Shown: positions 36,882 through 45,438 of the stretch, piece after piece | Layout of the letters: the number at the start of each line of letters is the position of its first letter | How positions within the stretch are numbered: position 1 is the stretch's first letter | Source: a virus | Lineage: Duplodnaviria > Caudoviricetes | Strand: one strand, 5' to 3' | IMG/VR virus record: IMGVR_UViG_3300037419_002757 | Coordinates: 1 to 56,857 of that record | Length of the DNA: 56,857 nucleotides | The notes under the pieces: generated by a model | What the model was told of the DNA's origin: nothing | What the model saw: only the letters and a program-made list of their open reading frames with translations | Databases searched by the model: none | Program-made: the position numbers and the translations under genes

Positions 36882-37106
36882 TCAAGTAGTCGGGTTCGGA
36901 ATCAGGGGCTCGAAGGTCCACGCGGCGGGGCCGCCCCGCGTCCACCACCCCCGCCCACGGGCGCAGAGCATGGCGTCGAGGCGGGTGTAGTGCCAATGCG
37001 AGTCGGGGCAGAGAATCTCCCCCGCCGGGGCGGACGCGACGTCGGGGCGCCCGGCGGGAGCTCGCGCGCGCCACCGACCGCGGCGGCGCGGAGGGTCGGC
37101 GCTCAC
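36882..37106 (-). CDS. Hypothetical protein
   Basis: GTGA overlap; low complexity. Confidence 0.4.
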   Translation of the reverse strand: MSADPPRRRGRWRARAPAGRPDVASAPAGEILCPDSHWHYTRLDAMLCARGRGWWTRGGPAAWTFEPLIPNPTT

Positions 37107-37348
37107 GGTTCCCCCAGCAGCCGTTCGATGGGCCGGGCCACCCACGCGAGGCGTCGGGCCTGCCGGTCGAACATCTGCGCGACGAGATGGAACTTGTAGG
37201 CCGTGATCGCGAGGTCGTCATCCTTCCGGCCGCGGTCGTCCCATCGAAGCACGGACCGATGCTGCCGCGCCCACCACATCCCCGCCTGCCGGGCGGACGT
37301 GCGCCACGGCAACAGGTGCCGGACGAGCACGAGGAGACGGCGCCTCAC
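37103..37348 (-). CDS. Hypothetical basic protein
   Basis: GTGA overlaps at both ends. Confidence 0.55.
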   Translation of the reverse strand: MRRRLLVLVRHLLPWRTSARQAGMWWARQHRSVLRWDDRGRKDDDLAITAYKFHLVAQMFDRQARRLAWVARPIERLLGEP

Positions 37349-37728
37349 CGCATCCCGCCCAGGCGGGCGAGAATCCCGCGGAGGTTCGCGGCGATCCGAT
37401 CGAAGCCGTCGTACCCGGGCTGTGCGGCGCACGCGTCGAGCATGTTCGCCACGCCGGCGAGCTCAGCCCGCACCTCGGCCAGCGTCGCGGTCGGGTCGTC
37501 GATGCCCTCGCACGCGTTCACGCACGCGACTGCGCGGCGGAGGTTGGCGTCCCGCTCAACGGGTCGGGTGCGGGCGTCACTCCGGTCGGCGAGCAGCAGG
37601 CGCAGCGGGCGCGCGCCGTCGGTCGCGTACTCGGCGGCGACCACCTCGTCTTCGGTTCCCTTGTAGGCGGCGCCGAAGGCGTAGCACCAGGGCGCGGGCG
37701 TGTGGGCGTAGGGGTTGAACTCGGACAT
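37345..37728 (-). CDS. Hypothetical phage protein (HTP.PW...RDAN type)
   Basis: AGGAGGT RBS. Confidence 0.75.
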   Translation of the reverse strand: MSEFNPYAHTPAPWCYAFGAAYKGTEDEVVAAEYATDGARPLRLLLADRSDARTRPVERDANLRRAVACVNACEGIDDPTATLAEVRAELAGVANMLDACAAQPGYDGFDRIAANLRGILARLGGMR

Positions 37729-37798
37729 GATGACCTCCTGACACCTCGAGCCCGTGCCGCGGGGCGGCTACGGGCGGGGACGTCGTGCGGGGCGCGGG

Positions 37799-38269
37799 CT
37801 ACTCTTCGTCCGACCCCCCGAGGCGCGCTGTGATTTCGCGGACGGTGACGCGCCGGTCGAGGATCGGAAGCCGGATGTCGTGCGGCCCGAGGGTCGGCCG
37901 TGCGGAGGCGGCGTAGTAGGCCCCGCCCGAACCGTCCCGACGATCGAAGACGAGCGTTCCTCCTGCGAGTCCGCGGGTGCGCTCCGCGTTGAGCGCGCGG
38001 GCGATGATGCGGGCGGCGTCGGCCCTCCTCGGCGGGCCCTGCTCCCCCCGGTATCCGTCGGCCCATCCCGCCTCGACCTCGGCGCGGTGAGCCTCCACCG
38101 TGCGGATCAGGTCGTCGTCTCCGGCGTCCCGGGCCGCCGCGACCCACCCATCGATCGCCGCCTCGGGGGAGAGCGACAACCGCGGAACCGTCAGCGGATC
38201 CTCGGCGTCCAGCGCGGCGTCCTGTCGTGCGAGCGAGCGGCCGAGCACCCGTGCCTCTGCGGCGCCCAT
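37799..38269 (-). CDS. Hypothetical protein
   Basis: TGATG overlap with the upstream gene; 156 aa. Confidence 0.65.
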   Translation of the reverse strand: MGAAEARVLGRSLARQDAALDAEDPLTVPRLSLSPEAAIDGWVAAARDAGDDDLIRTVEAHRAEVEAGWADGYRGEQGPPRRADAARIIARALNAERTRGLAGGTLVFDRRDGSGGAYYAASARPTLGPHDIRLPILDRRVTVREITARLGGSDEE

Positions 38270-39228
38270 CACGCCACCACCCGGCGGAGGCCCGCGTCCG
38301 TCCGCACGTACCACCCGTTCGCGGCGGCGCGGCGGAGGTACAGCGGTGCCCAATGAGCGTCCGTGAAGTCGTAGCCTCCCGAGTCGAGCCCTGCCCACAG
38401 GTCCCCGCCGTCGAAGCGGGCGACCACGAACCCCGCCGTGTCGAAGTCGTCCACGTCGCGCTCGTCGATCTTCCAGCCGGTGTTGTTCGCCCACGGCCAG
38501 CCCGCCGCGTTCGTCCGGTAGTCCTCGAGGTTCACCGCCTCGCACGCGGACTTGGCGTCGTCCTCGTCGGTCGGATCGTAGTCCTCGCGGCCCACCTCGG
38601 AGAGCTCGTCGCCGTCGCGGGCGTCGGCGTACCCGCCCGGCCCGTCCTTCGCGTACTCGGAGGTATCGACCACGACGAACACCGAACCGTCGCGCTCGTT
38701 GAGCATGGCGGTGTACGCCTCGACCCGTTCCGCCGTGCCGTCCAGGTAGTCGCTGTCCGACGGGCTGGCGTCGCTGTTGTCCTCGAAGTCGTGGACCTTC
38801 CAGTCGTCGCCCACCTTGCGCGTGCTGTACCGCGGCACCTCGCGCACCTCGAACCGCGAGCTCCCGCGGACGATCTCCCACTCCTCGTCATCCGGCGTCT
38901 CGCGGGTGAGCGTGTCCCGGTGCATGTCGCTCACGTCGGCGGACTCGAACATGCGATCCCGCCACGCCTCGACCTCGGCGGCGAGCGTGCGATCGTTGTT
39001 GGCGAGGTCCCGCGCGTCGCTCGCCTTGACGGGCGGGAGGACGTCGGCGAGGGCGCGCTCCGCCTCCTCGAGCTTCCGGCGGAAGTCGTGGGCGAGGAGG
39101 CGCGAGAGGTTGGCGGGATCCGAGTGCGCCCCCGGGAGACCCACGGCGCGGGAGATGTCCGCGGCAAGTTGGGCGGACACATGAAACGCGGCGACGATGG
39201 CGGCGGTATCGGTGGGGGAGGGATTCAT
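38269..39228 (-). CDS. Acidic early protein
   Basis: 319 aa, very Asp/Glu-rich; AAAGGAG RBS. Confidence 0.8.
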   Translation of the reverse strand: MNPSPTDTAAIVAAFHVSAQLAADISRAVGLPGAHSDPANLSRLLAHDFRRKLEEAERALADVLPPVKASDARDLANNDRTLAAEVEAWRDRMFESADVSDMHRDTLTRETPDDEEWEIVRGSSRFEVREVPRYSTRKVGDDWKVHDFEDNSDASPSDSDYLDGTAERVEAYTAMLNERDGSVFVVVDTSEYAKDGPGGYADARDGDELSEVGREDYDPTDEDDAKSACEAVNLEDYRTNAAGWPWANNTGWKIDERDVDDFDTAGFVVARFDGGDLWAGLDSGGYDFTDAHWAPLYLRRAAANGWYVRTDAGLRRVVA

Positions 39229-39342
39229 GGACGTTGCTCCTTTCAGATTCGGGTTTGTTCGGCGTTTCGACGGACGTTCACTTCAGGGAGGCTACTTCGA
39301 CTTGCTTGTCTACTTCTTATCCAGCTACTCGCTTTGTGTCCA

Positions 39343-40140
39343 CTACTTGAGGGCGGAAATCTGCGCGCGGAAGTAGTCGAGGAGACCCCCTCGCCCGGCC
39401 ACGTCGCCGCGCTTGCGGGGGCGGAGGGTGGGGACGGGCGGGCCGAGGTCCGTCCCGCTGGCGTCGATGCGGGAGACCGCCGCCGCACCCCCGTAGGCGT
39501 CGGACGCGGTCACGCGGCACCACACAAGGGCGTCGGTCGCGCGGCGGCCCCGCCACTCCAGCATCACCGTGAGGCGCGACTCTGCCGCGTTGTACGTGAC
39601 GATGGCCGAGGCGTCCGGCGGCGTCGCGGCCTGGAGATCCTCGATTACCGCGTCCACGTCGTAGGGCGCGTACGTCAGCGGCACGGCCGCGAACACCGCG
39701 GGCTCGGGGCCGCGCAACCGGAGGCGGACCCCGCCCGGGAGCTCGGCGCGTCGGTCCGCGAGGACCGCGAAGAACACGCCCGCCGCCACGTCCGGGCGGA
39801 GCGTGAGAAAGAACGGCGTCGCGCGGGGAAACGCGTCGGTGTAGTGCATCAGCAGGGTGCGGAGGCCGTGCTCCTCGAGGGGATACCGCAAGGGCCGACT
39901 GCGACCAGCAGTCAAGCGCCCGCGGTCGTCCATGCCCAGGGCGTCGGTGTCCACGTCCAGCGTGTGCCGGAGCTCGGCGCGGATGCGCTCGGCCGCGTCG
40001 GGCAGCACCTCGGCGGCGGGGCCGGCGAGGGTGAACGCCGGCGGAGGGGGCGTGAGGGGGAAGCCGGTCACGGGGTGCTCCGAAGCTCGCGGCGTTGGAT
40101 GATCCGGTAGCAGGTAATCGTACTTGCGTTCGCGCGGCAC
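39343..40140 (-). CDS. Early protein, possibly DUF932-like
   Basis: GTG after GGGGAGG...TAACC; weak resemblance only (L.LRG....A.V...Y...D). Confidence 0.55.
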   Translation of the reverse strand: MPRERKYDYLLPDHPTPRASEHPVTGFPLTPPPPAFTLAGPAAEVLPDAAERIRAELRHTLDVDTDALGMDDRGRLTAGRSRPLRYPLEEHGLRTLLMHYTDAFPRATPFFLTLRPDVAAGVFFAVLADRRAELPGGVRLRLRGPEPAVFAAVPLTYAPYDVDAVIEDLQAATPPDASAIVTYNAAESRLTVMLEWRGRRATDALVWCRVTASDAYGGAAAVSRIDASGTDLGPPVPTLRPRKRGDVAGRGGLLDYFRAQISALK

Positions 40141-40142
40141 GG

Positions 40143-40580
40143 TTACTTGTCCTCCCCGGTGAACGTCTCGAATCCGGCGACGTAGATCAAGCCGTCGTCC
40201 CCGACGTACAGGTCGCGCGACCCCGCACGCTCGGCCCACTGGTCGGCCCAGGTGGCGAACGGCTCGGCCCAGTCGCCATCCCAGAACCCCGCGCCGTGGC
40301 CGTTGCGCGTCAACCACAAGTCGTGAAGCGCCTGCGCATCGGTGTTGCCGTCTTCCGTCCGGCATTCCTCGCACGCCTCCGACCGCGCGGCGTAGTCGTA
40401 CCCGGCCGCGTCACACGCCGCGAGGAACTCCCGCACGTCCGCGGTCAGACGGGCGAGCGCGGACGGGGCAAGGTCATCGGGACCGTAGTTCGCGTCCAGC
40501 GGATCGCCGCCGCTCTCGTCGGACTCGTCGTTGGTAGACCACAAAGCGCAGGTCACGTAGGCCAGAACGTCGCGGGTCAT
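40143..40580 (-). CDS. Acidic early protein (HDLWLTRNGHGAGFWD family)
   Basis: Recognisable conserved phage motif; GGAG RBS. Confidence 0.8.
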   Translation of the reverse strand: MTRDVLAYVTCALWSTNDESDESGGDPLDANYGPDDLAPSALARLTADVREFLAACDAAGYDYAARSEACEECRTEDGNTDAQALHDLWLTRNGHGAGFWDGDWAEPFATWADQWAERAGSRDLYVGDDGLIYVAGFETFTGEDK

Positions 40581-40670
40581 GGGCGTATCTCCAATCAGAA
40601 GGTGAGGTTGCAGAGTCGGGTCGATTCTCCCGGGCCGGGCGTCGGTACCCGGCGCGGGCGGCGTCGATTT

Positions 40671-41162
40671 CTACAGGTAGTCGGGCGTCCAATCGATGAC
40701 GTCGGTCGCGACGCACGCGCCCGACGCCACGAGCTTCGCCAGGACGGACGCGCGTTCGTACCCGTCCCCGGCGTCCTCGCACGCGGCGTACGCCAACTCG
40801 GCCGCCTCGAGCGTCGGGAACGTGTAGCGCGTGACGGTGAACGGCTCGCCGTGGACGTGGCCGGAGCCGTCGCACGTCGGGCACGTGCGGTGAACGTGGC
40901 CCTTGCCGTCGCACTCGGGACACTCGCCCGTGCCCGGCGCGTCGTCCGGCAACCCGTCGGATCCGGTGCCGTCGCACGCGTCGCAACGAACGTTGCCGGG
41001 AGGTTCCGCGCCGGCGTTGCACGTCGGGCAGTCCACCTCGGCGTTGCGCGGGGTGTACCAGTAGCTTTCGGACTCCGGGGTGTCATCGTCCGCGGCTCGG
41101 GGAGACTCGACCTCGGCGTAGCCGTCGCCAATGAAGCAGGCATAGAGATTGAAAGCGGACAT
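40671..41162 (-). CDS. DnaJ-type zinc finger protein
   Basis: Four CxxCx(G)xG repeats (CPTCNAG, CDACDGTG, CPECDGKG, CPTCDGSG); no J domain. Confidence 0.8.
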   Translation of the reverse strand: MSAFNLYACFIGDGYAEVESPRAADDDTPESESYWYTPRNAEVDCPTCNAGAEPPGNVRCDACDGTGSDGLPDDAPGTGECPECDGKGHVHRTCPTCDGSGHVHGEPFTVTRYTFPTLEAAELAYAACEDAGDGYERASVLAKLVASGACVATDVIDWTPDYL

Positions 41163-41215
41163 GTTCGTCTCTCCAAGGGAAAGGGTGTCAGGGTTGCAGA
41201 GTATCCGTTTCGGCC

Positions 41216-41268
41216 CGTAGGGCTTTCTCCCGCGTCCGGACGCGCCGGGCACAGGCGGAAGCCCTACG
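41216..41268 (-). terminator. Intergenic stem-loop
   Basis: CGTAGGGCTT...AAGCCCTACG enclosing the palindrome CGCGTCCGGACGCG. Confidence 0.4.
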
Positions 41269-41751
41269 CCGTCAAGTCACCGGCGCAGTCCGTACCCGCG
41301 TCATCTTCCCACCGCGCGGGCGCGTCGCATTCGTCGGCGTCGTTCGTGCGGAGCCACTCCCGCAACACGGCGTCGCGCTCGGGACCGGCCGGAAGCTCGT
41401 CCACGGTCCACTCCCACGAGAGCAGGTAGCCGCTTTCCGTGTACGTGTGGTCGGTCTCGGCGCACTCGCGGATGGCCTCCTGTTCGGTCGGGCGTAGCCG
41501 AGTTCGCGCGCGGCATCCTCGTAATCGGGCTCCGTGAACACGCCCGGCGCGTTGGCCTTGAGCCACTCCGCCGCGGTCTCCAGCGCGTCGTCCAGGGTCT
41601 CGCGGTCGGTCAGAACGTACACGGTGGTCGTCCCGACCGCGCCGAAGCCGAAGCGCCACACGTAGCCGCGCCAGGTGTCGAGCTTGTCCGGCTCGAGGAA
41701 CGCGTTGCAATCGAGCACGGGCGCGGAAGGGTCGAGGGTGAACGTGGACAT
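41264..41751 (-). pseudogene. Acidic early gene split by a frameshift near 41490
   Basis: MSTFTLD...RELGYA continues in the -1 frame as PTEQEAIREC...DLTA*. Confidence 0.6.
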
Positions 41752-41794
41752 GGGCGTCTCTTGCTCCTTTCGGTTTCGGGCGACTTGAGAGTAC

Positions 41795-41832
41795 AGGTTA
41801 TCCGGCTACTCGACTACGCGCAAGTAGCCGGA
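41795..41832 (-). promoter_or_regulatory. Early promoter overlapped by a 10-bp inverted repeat
   Basis: TTGCGC-N17-TAACCT; TCCGGCTACT (41801-41810) and AGTAGCCGGA (41823-41832). Confidence 0.6.
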
Positions 41833-41853
41833 CGGTTGTTTCAAGAGGCTTCG

Positions 41854-42183
41854 CTACTCGTCGCCGTACGTGTCGCGGGCGTCCGCAAGAGCGTCCTCTT
41901 CGGTCGCGAACGGGCCCGACGCGTCACTGTCCGGCAGGCAACCCGGCAGGCAGATCCAGTAGTACCACCCGGCCAGGCTGGCGAGTGCGGCGTGGATGTC
42001 CTCTTCGCTCGGATCCTCGTCGGGCAGCTCGGCAAGGGCTTCCTCGGCGCGCGTGGCCATCCAGGTACCATCGTCCGCTTCGAAGGACGCGGTAAACTCC
42101 GCGGCGGACACGTGGAAGGTCTCGAGGTTGGGCAGGGACCACGTATCGTTGGCGCGGTCGGGGTCGGTGTAGTGCGTGGGCAT
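41854..42183 (-). CDS. Acidic early protein (GWYYW.C.PGCLPDS..SGPF family)
   Basis: AAAGGAG RBS; 109 aa. Confidence 0.8.
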   Translation of the reverse strand: MPTHYTDPDRANDTWSLPNLETFHVSAAEFTASFEADDGTWMATRAEEALAELPDEDPSEEDIHAALASLAGWYYWICLPGCLPDSDASGPFATEEDALADARDTYGDE

Positions 42184-42209
42184 GGTAGAGACTCCTTTGC
42201 GAGTGCGTG

Positions 42210-42500
42210 TCAGGCGGCCACCCGCACAGTGCGGACGGGGGAACGGAGCGCGCGGACGCTCGCGACGACGTCCCGCGAAAGCGGACGGGGGAACGTCGGA
42301 AGGGGCGCGAGCGCGCGGACGGGACGCGAGCGCGCCGGCGGATAGATCACGGTCCCGATCCGGTCGGTGGGGTTCCACGGGTCGGGCTCGAGGAGCGCCG
42401 GCGCGGAGTCGATCGCCAGGGAACAGAGGAACGGCGCGAGCGCCGGCGCGACGATCGCGAGCAGCAACGGCAGGGAGACCAGGAGGAAACAGGCGAGCAC
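42210..42500 (-). CDS. Hypothetical membrane or secreted protein
   Basis: GGAGTAACC-GTG start; hydrophobic N-terminus. Confidence 0.55.
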   Translation of the reverse strand: MLACFLLVSLPLLLAIVAPALAPFLCSLAIDSAPALLEPDPWNPTDRIGTVIYPPARSRPVRALAPLPTFPRPLSRDVVASVRALRSPVRTVRVAA

Positions 42501-42502
42501 GG

Positions 42503-42679
42503 TTACTCCAGATTCGAGGGAGGAAAGCAGCGGATGTCAGGGAAGACAGGGCAGAACTTGTCGCCCTGATACGTGGACCATTCGCGATCCGCGTACACGG
42601 TGCCCACGCACTCGACCGGGAGCGCGGTAGTGCAACGGCGGGCGCGGAAGGTGCGGCGGAAGGTGTAGCGCGCGAGCAT
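42503..42679 (-). CDS. 58-aa hypothetical protein
   Basis: GGAGTAACC-ATG start; its stop lies inside the next RBS. Confidence 0.5.
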   Translation of the reverse strand: MLARYTFRRTFRARRCTTALPVECVGTVYADREWSTYQGDKFCPVFPDIRCFPPSNLE

Positions 42680-42706
42680 GGTTACTCCGAATATTCGAGG
42701 TTTAGA

Positions 42707-42865
42707 CTACGCTTCGAGCAAGTTGGAGCCGTACCGCGGCACCCACGAATGCCAGGTGCCGCCCGCGGCCACGTCGAACCCCCGAAGGTGACGAACGTAG
42801 CCCGTATGCGCGAGGGAAGCGGACGCGGGGGAATAGCGAAGCACGAGGCGGAAGGAACGGTGCAT
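42707..42865 (-). CDS. 52-aa hypothetical protein, first early gene
   Basis: GGAG RBS, just downstream of a promoter-like element. Confidence 0.45.
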   Translation of the reverse strand: MHRSFRLVLRYSPASASLAHTGYVRHLRGFDVAAGGTWHSWVPRYGSNLLEA

Positions 42866-42886
42866 GGTCGAAACTCCAGTAACGCC

Positions 42887-42915
42887 ACTGTACCAGATAC
42901 CGGAGTAGTAGTCTA
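42887..42915 (-). promoter_or_regulatory. Early promoter
   Basis: TAGACT-N17-TACAGT with TG extension. Confidence 0.5.
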
Positions 42916-43472
42916 CACCCGAGCACGTCCTGGGCGAAAAATATAGAAATGCGAGCGGTCGCTCGGATTCTATCGCCGTACTGAACAGGTGAACATGCGA
43001 GGGCGCCAGAATCTGACCGCGAGATCGGGGGTATATTCAGGTGTTCAGTAGTGAGACCAGAATCTGTCCGAACACAAGCCTACTCAAGAACACGGCTAAT
43101 CACCCTCTGTAGCCCTGTAACCGCAGCACCAGACCCCTTGATAGTGCGGGGTCGAGGCCGGTTTCCCGGTTGGTTACACCCAAGCCTGACACACGCACCC
43201 GACCGGCACCCGACTGTCAACACTGACACCCTGTTCTGACACCCTCGACCCCACCCCGACACCTTGACAGCACCTCCGCGCCGACGTGGACAGTAACACT
43301 CGCGCCACGCCTCGCGCTGCGAGCTCCCACCCGCACCTGGCCCAGCCCGGCAGGGGGTACCCCGACAGCAAAAAAGTTCGATATTCGTCGTAGCCTCTCA
43401 CATATCCGTACGATTTATGGACGACGATTAGCGCCCTCTCCTCCCGATCTCGACGACCGTCCTTGGCGGATA

Positions 43473-43562
43473 CGCTATTACGTACGGCACTACCGCTATT
43501 ACGCTATTGGAACGGCGGGCGGACCGCTATTTAGGGTAACCGGCTACCGGACTACCGCTATT
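43473..43562. repeat. Five CGCTATT direct repeats
   Basis: Copies at 43473, 43494, 43502, 43525 and 43556; ACTACCGCTATTACG occurs twice. Confidence 0.85.
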
Positions 43563-43722
43563 ACGGCCCCGTCACCGCCAGATGCCCCGTCGTCCGGGCG
43601 CCCGACGACACGAATAGCGCGGACATCAGAGCGAAAGTCGGCGTTCGACGTCCATTTCCGGCAGATTTCAGCGGCGGAGCCGTGCGGAACGCGTCGGGAC
43701 CAACGCTTTGCGTCCGTACGTT

Positions 43723-44211
43723 CGTCGTGAGGACGTGTTTGCTATGTCGGCCAGCCAAAATCGGCCTTCTTCCGTAACTCTGCCGCGTCGCAAGTGGCCA
43801 GTGGACTACATGTGGAGTACCTTTACCACCAGGTCGGCCACAGAAAAACGGATTTCGCCCGAGATATTCGCTATAACTGACGACCTCCCCCCGAAAGTCT
43901 GAAGATCTCTGTCGTGCAGACCCCTCGTTGTAGCGGGAATATGAAGCATATGGAAACCATACTTATAATATAGCTATGGTTTCCATATGCTTCATGTTCC
44001 CGCTACTACGTGGGCTGCTCATGAGACAGAAGTACACTTTTTTTTCGGGAGGTCGGCCACGTCAAGAACTTCCGAGGTTGTACTTCGATGATTCGTGGCC
44101 GACCTGTTCTCGGGACATCCAATAGTAGTCCACTGGCCGCTTGCGACGCGCCAAGACGTGCGGAAAACGCCGTCTTTCGTTGGCCGACATAGCAAACGCG
44201 TCCTCACGACG
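43723..44211. repeat. Long nested imperfect inverted repeat centred at 43968
   Basis: Paired blocks: 43723-753/44181-211 (30/31), 43784-809/44125-150 (25/26), 43830-841/44095-106 (12/12), 43881-889/44047-055 (9/9), 43930-961/43975-44006 (31/32). Confidence 0.95.
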
Positions 44212-44302
44212 TTTCACGTTCGCGTCACGACGTCACGTCTGGCGCATCTGACGGGGTTGCGCTCCAGACGTCTCCGAGGTACACCCGATCCCGGAGGCTC
44301 CC

Positions 44303-45100
44303 ATGCCCATTCTGCGTCTCGTCCCCGTCGTCCCCCGAAGCAACCATCGACCCGGCGAACCGAACGTCTCGCTCCTTACGGCGATCAAGGCGACGTGCGA
44401 GGCGTTCGTCGATCGCTCTCCACCACACCGTCCGCTCGGAGAATGCTGGGAGACCTACTACATGTTCCCGTACCAGCGTCGCCTCTGGCACCCCGCGCGC
44501 CTGATGTGGTCGGCGACGCACACGGACATGTCGCTCGGCCGGCTCAAGCTCGTGCATCGCTGCCAGAACCCGCTCTGCGTCAACCCCGATCACCTGTGGG
44601 TGCCGGCCCTCCAGGGCGACCCGCCCGACGACCTCGTGCTGCCGGAGAAGCACACGACGGAGGAGGATTGGGCGGAGTACGACGCGGCGTTCGACAGCCA
44701 GCCGATTCCGCGTCGCCTGCCGATGCGGGCGAAGGCCCGCGCCGCGCTCACGGAGGAGAACGTGCGCTGGATCCGGGCCCACTACACCGGCACCGGCACG
44801 GGCAGCGCCTCGCACCTGGCGAAGACCTTCTCCGTCTCCCTCGCGACCGTCATGGACGTCGTCCACCGGCGGACGTGGAAGCACGTCTCCGACGAGCCCC
44901 CGGCCCCGCCGAAGGTCGAGGTCCCTGCGCCCCCGGTCGAGCCATCCGCCTCGCGCCCGCCCGCGAAGCTGCCGCCCGCGCTCGAAGCGGCCCTGCGCCG
45001 GGCGTCTCCCGTACCCGCTGTGGCTCCGCCCACCCCCGTGCCGGTCGAGACGCCCGCCGAGCCCCGGCGTCTCCCGCGGCGGTTGTGGGGGAAGGCGTGA
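44303..45100 (+). CDS. HNH-like domain, HTH and Pro-rich tail
   Basis: ECWE...HRCQNPLCVNPDHL; LTEENVRWIR...LAKTFSVSLATV.DVV.RRTWKHV; GGAGG RBS. Confidence 0.8.
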   Translation: MPILRLVPVVPRSNHRPGEPNVSLLTAIKATCEAFVDRSPPHRPLGECWETYYMFPYQRRLWHPARLMWSATHTDMSLGRLKLVHRCQNPLCVNPDHLWVPALQGDPPDDLVLPEKHTTEEDWAEYDAAFDSQPIPRRLPMRAKARAALTEENVRWIRAHYTGTGTGSASHLAKTFSVSLATVMDVVHRRTWKHVSDEPPAPPKVEVPAPPVEPSASRPPAKLPPALEAALRRASPVPAVAPPTPVPVETPAEPRRLPRRLWGKA

Positions 45101-45414
45101 ACGCGCGCATCGCCCGCAAGGTCATCCGCCGCGCCCACCCGGCGCTCTACTCCCAGGCGCAGGTCCACCGTGCGCTGCGCCGGCAGGAGCGGCGGATGCT
45201 CCTGCATCGCGAGCACGCTGCGGAGTGGTGTCGCGAGTGCGAGACGGAGGCCCACGCGTTCACGCTCGCGATGTCGATGGACACCGGACACTACCCGTGG
45301 GGTCGGTGGAAGTGTCTCATGCAGCGCGCCGCCGAGGGGACGCTGACCGACGAGGAACTCGTCACGCTGGCGAAGGCGGCGGCGTGGCTCGGGAAGTCGT
45401 CACCGGACAGGTAG
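45097..45414 (+). CDS. Hypothetical protein
   Basis: GTGA overlap; 105 aa. Confidence 0.6.
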   Translation: MNARIARKVIRRAHPALYSQAQVHRALRRQERRMLLHREHAAEWCRECETEAHAFTLAMSMDTGHYPWGRWKCLMQRAAEGTLTDEELVTLAKAAAWLGKSSPDR

Positions 45415-45438
45415 TCGCCCGCGTGCTACTCTGGGGGC

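Noticed and set aside
43745-44189. YGGCCR sites in the palindrome as targets of the EcoHK31I-like methyltransferase
   Set aside because: Shared architecture does not imply shared specificity, and the hexamer is common at this GC content.
43561-44207. Small ORFs over the palindrome (43561-43758, 43708-43902, 44019-44207)
   Set aside because: Codon usage is atypical, there is no RBS, and their mutual similarity follows from the symmetry.
43723-44211. Inverted repeat as IS/MITE ends or an invertible segment
   Set aside because: No transposase or invertase, no obvious target duplication, and the symmetry continues to the centre.
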